A stretch of DNA of 64,000 nucleotides from NCBI RefSeq assembly GCF_006345805.1, contig NC_043000.1, positions 58,652,001 through 58,716,000 on the forward strand, written 5' to 3'. Under the pieces are notes generated by a model. That model did no database searches. It saw only the letters and a list, made by a program, of their open reading frames with translations, and was not told the DNA's origin. The first letter of the stretch is position 1. Each line of letters begins with the position of its first letter. Source of the stretch: Octopus sinensis (Eukaryota). This document shows, in pieces, positions 61,785-64,000 of the stretch. A program made the position numbers and the translations under genes.

Positions 61785-61899
61785 TTGTAGACATACACTC
61801 TCCCCTGGTTTGCATATTTATTTATTGGCCATGTTTTGCGTATATAATTTGGTTTTCGTACTTATTGTTACTAATGGTCATGTATGTTGTAGAGTGACC

Positions 61900-62300
61900 G
61901 GAAGAGTACGAACGCGAATATAAGCGGCCGAAATGCAGGTCCTCTGGAAGATCCCTGGACTAACTTACTCAACAGGATGCGTAGCTCGAAGACCAGGGAA
62001 TTTCTCCAGGCCGAGACGCTACTTCTCCGTACTGAGAGGTAGCACCTCTGGTGCTATAGAAATGTGATTAGAAGGTTGCACAAAAGAACCGCAGTGCGGA
62101 TTCGTCAAGCTGAGCCAACCAGCAGCAGACCTAGGAGTAAACAAAGAAAGAGATGGTTGGATAATATTGATAACCACAGTTGGTCATGCTTGAGAATCCA
62201 GCCAAGAAAGTCTAATGACAGTTGCCTCTGATAAAACCCTTTGAAGGAGGTTCCTGAAGGTTCAACCCCATGATCCATCCATTCCTGGATGGAATAATGA
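61900..62300 (+). mobile_element. RTE-like LINE 3' remnant
   Basis: Decayed IQAAE/L...ER..L.W-type C-terminal region; weak. Confidence 0.4.
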
Positions 62301-63484
62301 TATAATATACATAATTTTTTCTAACTTTATATTCTATATCTAAAAAGAGGGTTGTTTTACTGCTTGAATTCTTACGAAAACTATGTAAGTAGAGAATTCT
62401 TCTTTATTGATTTCAGTCATTAAACTGTGGCCATTCTGGAACACCAACTTTAAGGGTTTTTTTTTATTTTAGCCAATTATATTGACCTCGGTACTTTGTC
62501 TGCTACTTATTCTTCTCCTAAGATACAAAAGTGCAAAAATGAACTTTGGCATGAGGACAGTTAATTCAATTGGCCATGTATATCGAAGAGTTTAAGATTT
62601 CACGCTAGGAAAAGCAAATATAAATTCAAGAGGAGGTCTACATGGTGTTCTAAATAGTGTTCATCAACCAAATTTCACTTTCAAAACACTGGGTAACTCG
62701 CAGCTGTCATAGAATCCACGTGTCTAAAACGCTACTCAGTGGACTTGAATCCTGAACTATAATTGGTAGGAAAATGAACTTCTCGATCTCTCATCCATAC
62801 TTGTATGTCCATCACAAAGCATATGCTTGGTTTAAAGTATGGAATCGTATTTTTGAACGAAAAATAATTGAGTTGGGAATATGAAATATTCTTAATAAAA
62901 AGTAGACAACACCGAACACTATAATGGCAGATTATTAACCAGAATTGTTAAAGCGTGGGGGAAATGCTTAGCGGCATTTCTTTATTTTTATGTGTATTTC
63001 TGTAGACATATTTGCTTGTGTGCGCGCGTACGCACTGATAACTAAATTTTCATTTTAATTTCTTTTCACGTTCTTTAACCTATAATAGTCGAGTTTCCAA
63101 TTTGTCATGTGATCCAGAATCTGCCAGTAATATTACAATACAGTTAATTTTGGGGAGCGCTTTATAAGATGACAACTGTTTATTATAGACATGGATGGTT
63201 TCAAACGGCTATTGCTATTGAAGTTTGTAGGTCCCAAACATGCTTAGTTATTGTTATATTATCTGTTTAATGTTATCAGTTAGTTTTTGTGATCTGAAAG
63301 GATTCGTCCGAAAGAGATCACATACATAAACCTACGTGCTTACATGCATAAACACATAAATAAACGTACACACGTATACGTATGTACACAGATACATACG
63401 TACGTAGTACATACATACATACATACATACATACATACATACATACATACATACATACATACATACATACATACATACATACAT

Positions 63485-63703
63485 ACGAGGGGGTACTGAA
63501 AATTTTCTAGCTTTAAGGCTATCGCGAATGGCTTGTTTGGAGGCCCAGCCTTCCGAGTTATTTTACAGGGTTTAGAAAAACTGAAGGGCCGCTACAATAA
63601 GTGTGTGAACCTGAGAGGGGAATATGTCAAATAAAATCATAATTAACTCATCCTCTTGAATTTTTTGTTACCCAAAGTCAGGAACTTTTCAGCACCCCTC
63701 GTA
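63485..63703. mobile_element. Mariner-derived MITE in (TACA)n
   Basis: TA-CGAGGGGGTACTGAAAATTTTC ... GAACTTTTCAGCACCCCTCG-TA. Confidence 0.85.
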
Positions 63704-64000
63704 CATACATACGTACATACATACAAACACACACACACATGTATACACACACACGCACGCACCCACGCACACACATACATACATACATACATACATATAC
63801 ATACATACATACATACATACATACATACATACATACTCTTATCTATAGTTCAGTTGTCCCGGCAATTATTGTTTAATTAAACGCTGCATCACTACTGACG
63901 TGCTTGAACAAGTCTGTTGCTAGTTGCCAGCTTCGCTTGGATTTTTATTTTTCCTTCTAATGGATCAAATATGACGGAATGATATCTAAACACTCCTTGT

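Overview
Repeat-rich eukaryotic genomic DNA. It is most likely an octopus (cephalopod mollusc); this is an inference from the AT-rich, microsatellite-dense sequence and the tRNA-SINE and transposon content. One host gene is visible on the minus strand: nine phase-compatible GT-AG exons between 46431 and 193. They splice into an uninterrupted 3318-nt (1106-codon) frame encoding a WSC domain, a Cys-rich segment and many PKD (Ig-like) repeats, i.e. the extracellular part of a polycystin-1-like protein. Its start exon was not found and its 3' part lies left of the window. The introns are filled with decayed mariner, maT (DD37D), hAT, Gypsy, RTE, R4/Dong-like, HERO-like, Tx1, Helitron-type and Penelope-like elements, several SINE families and microsatellites. 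Most ORFs in the supplied track are microsatellite artefacts. The most notable feature is a set of about ten type-I hammerhead ribozyme motifs from unrelated Penelope-like families, read by eye. Several have perfect stem I and palindromic stem III, most lie in fold-back insertions next to (TA)n tracts, and nearly all best-preserved cores are on the host pre-mRNA strand. One is the tail of a tRNA-headed, SINE-like element (tRNA head, (AAT)n, hammerhead), a candidate Pol III-driven, Penelope-mobilised retrozyme/SINE hybrid.
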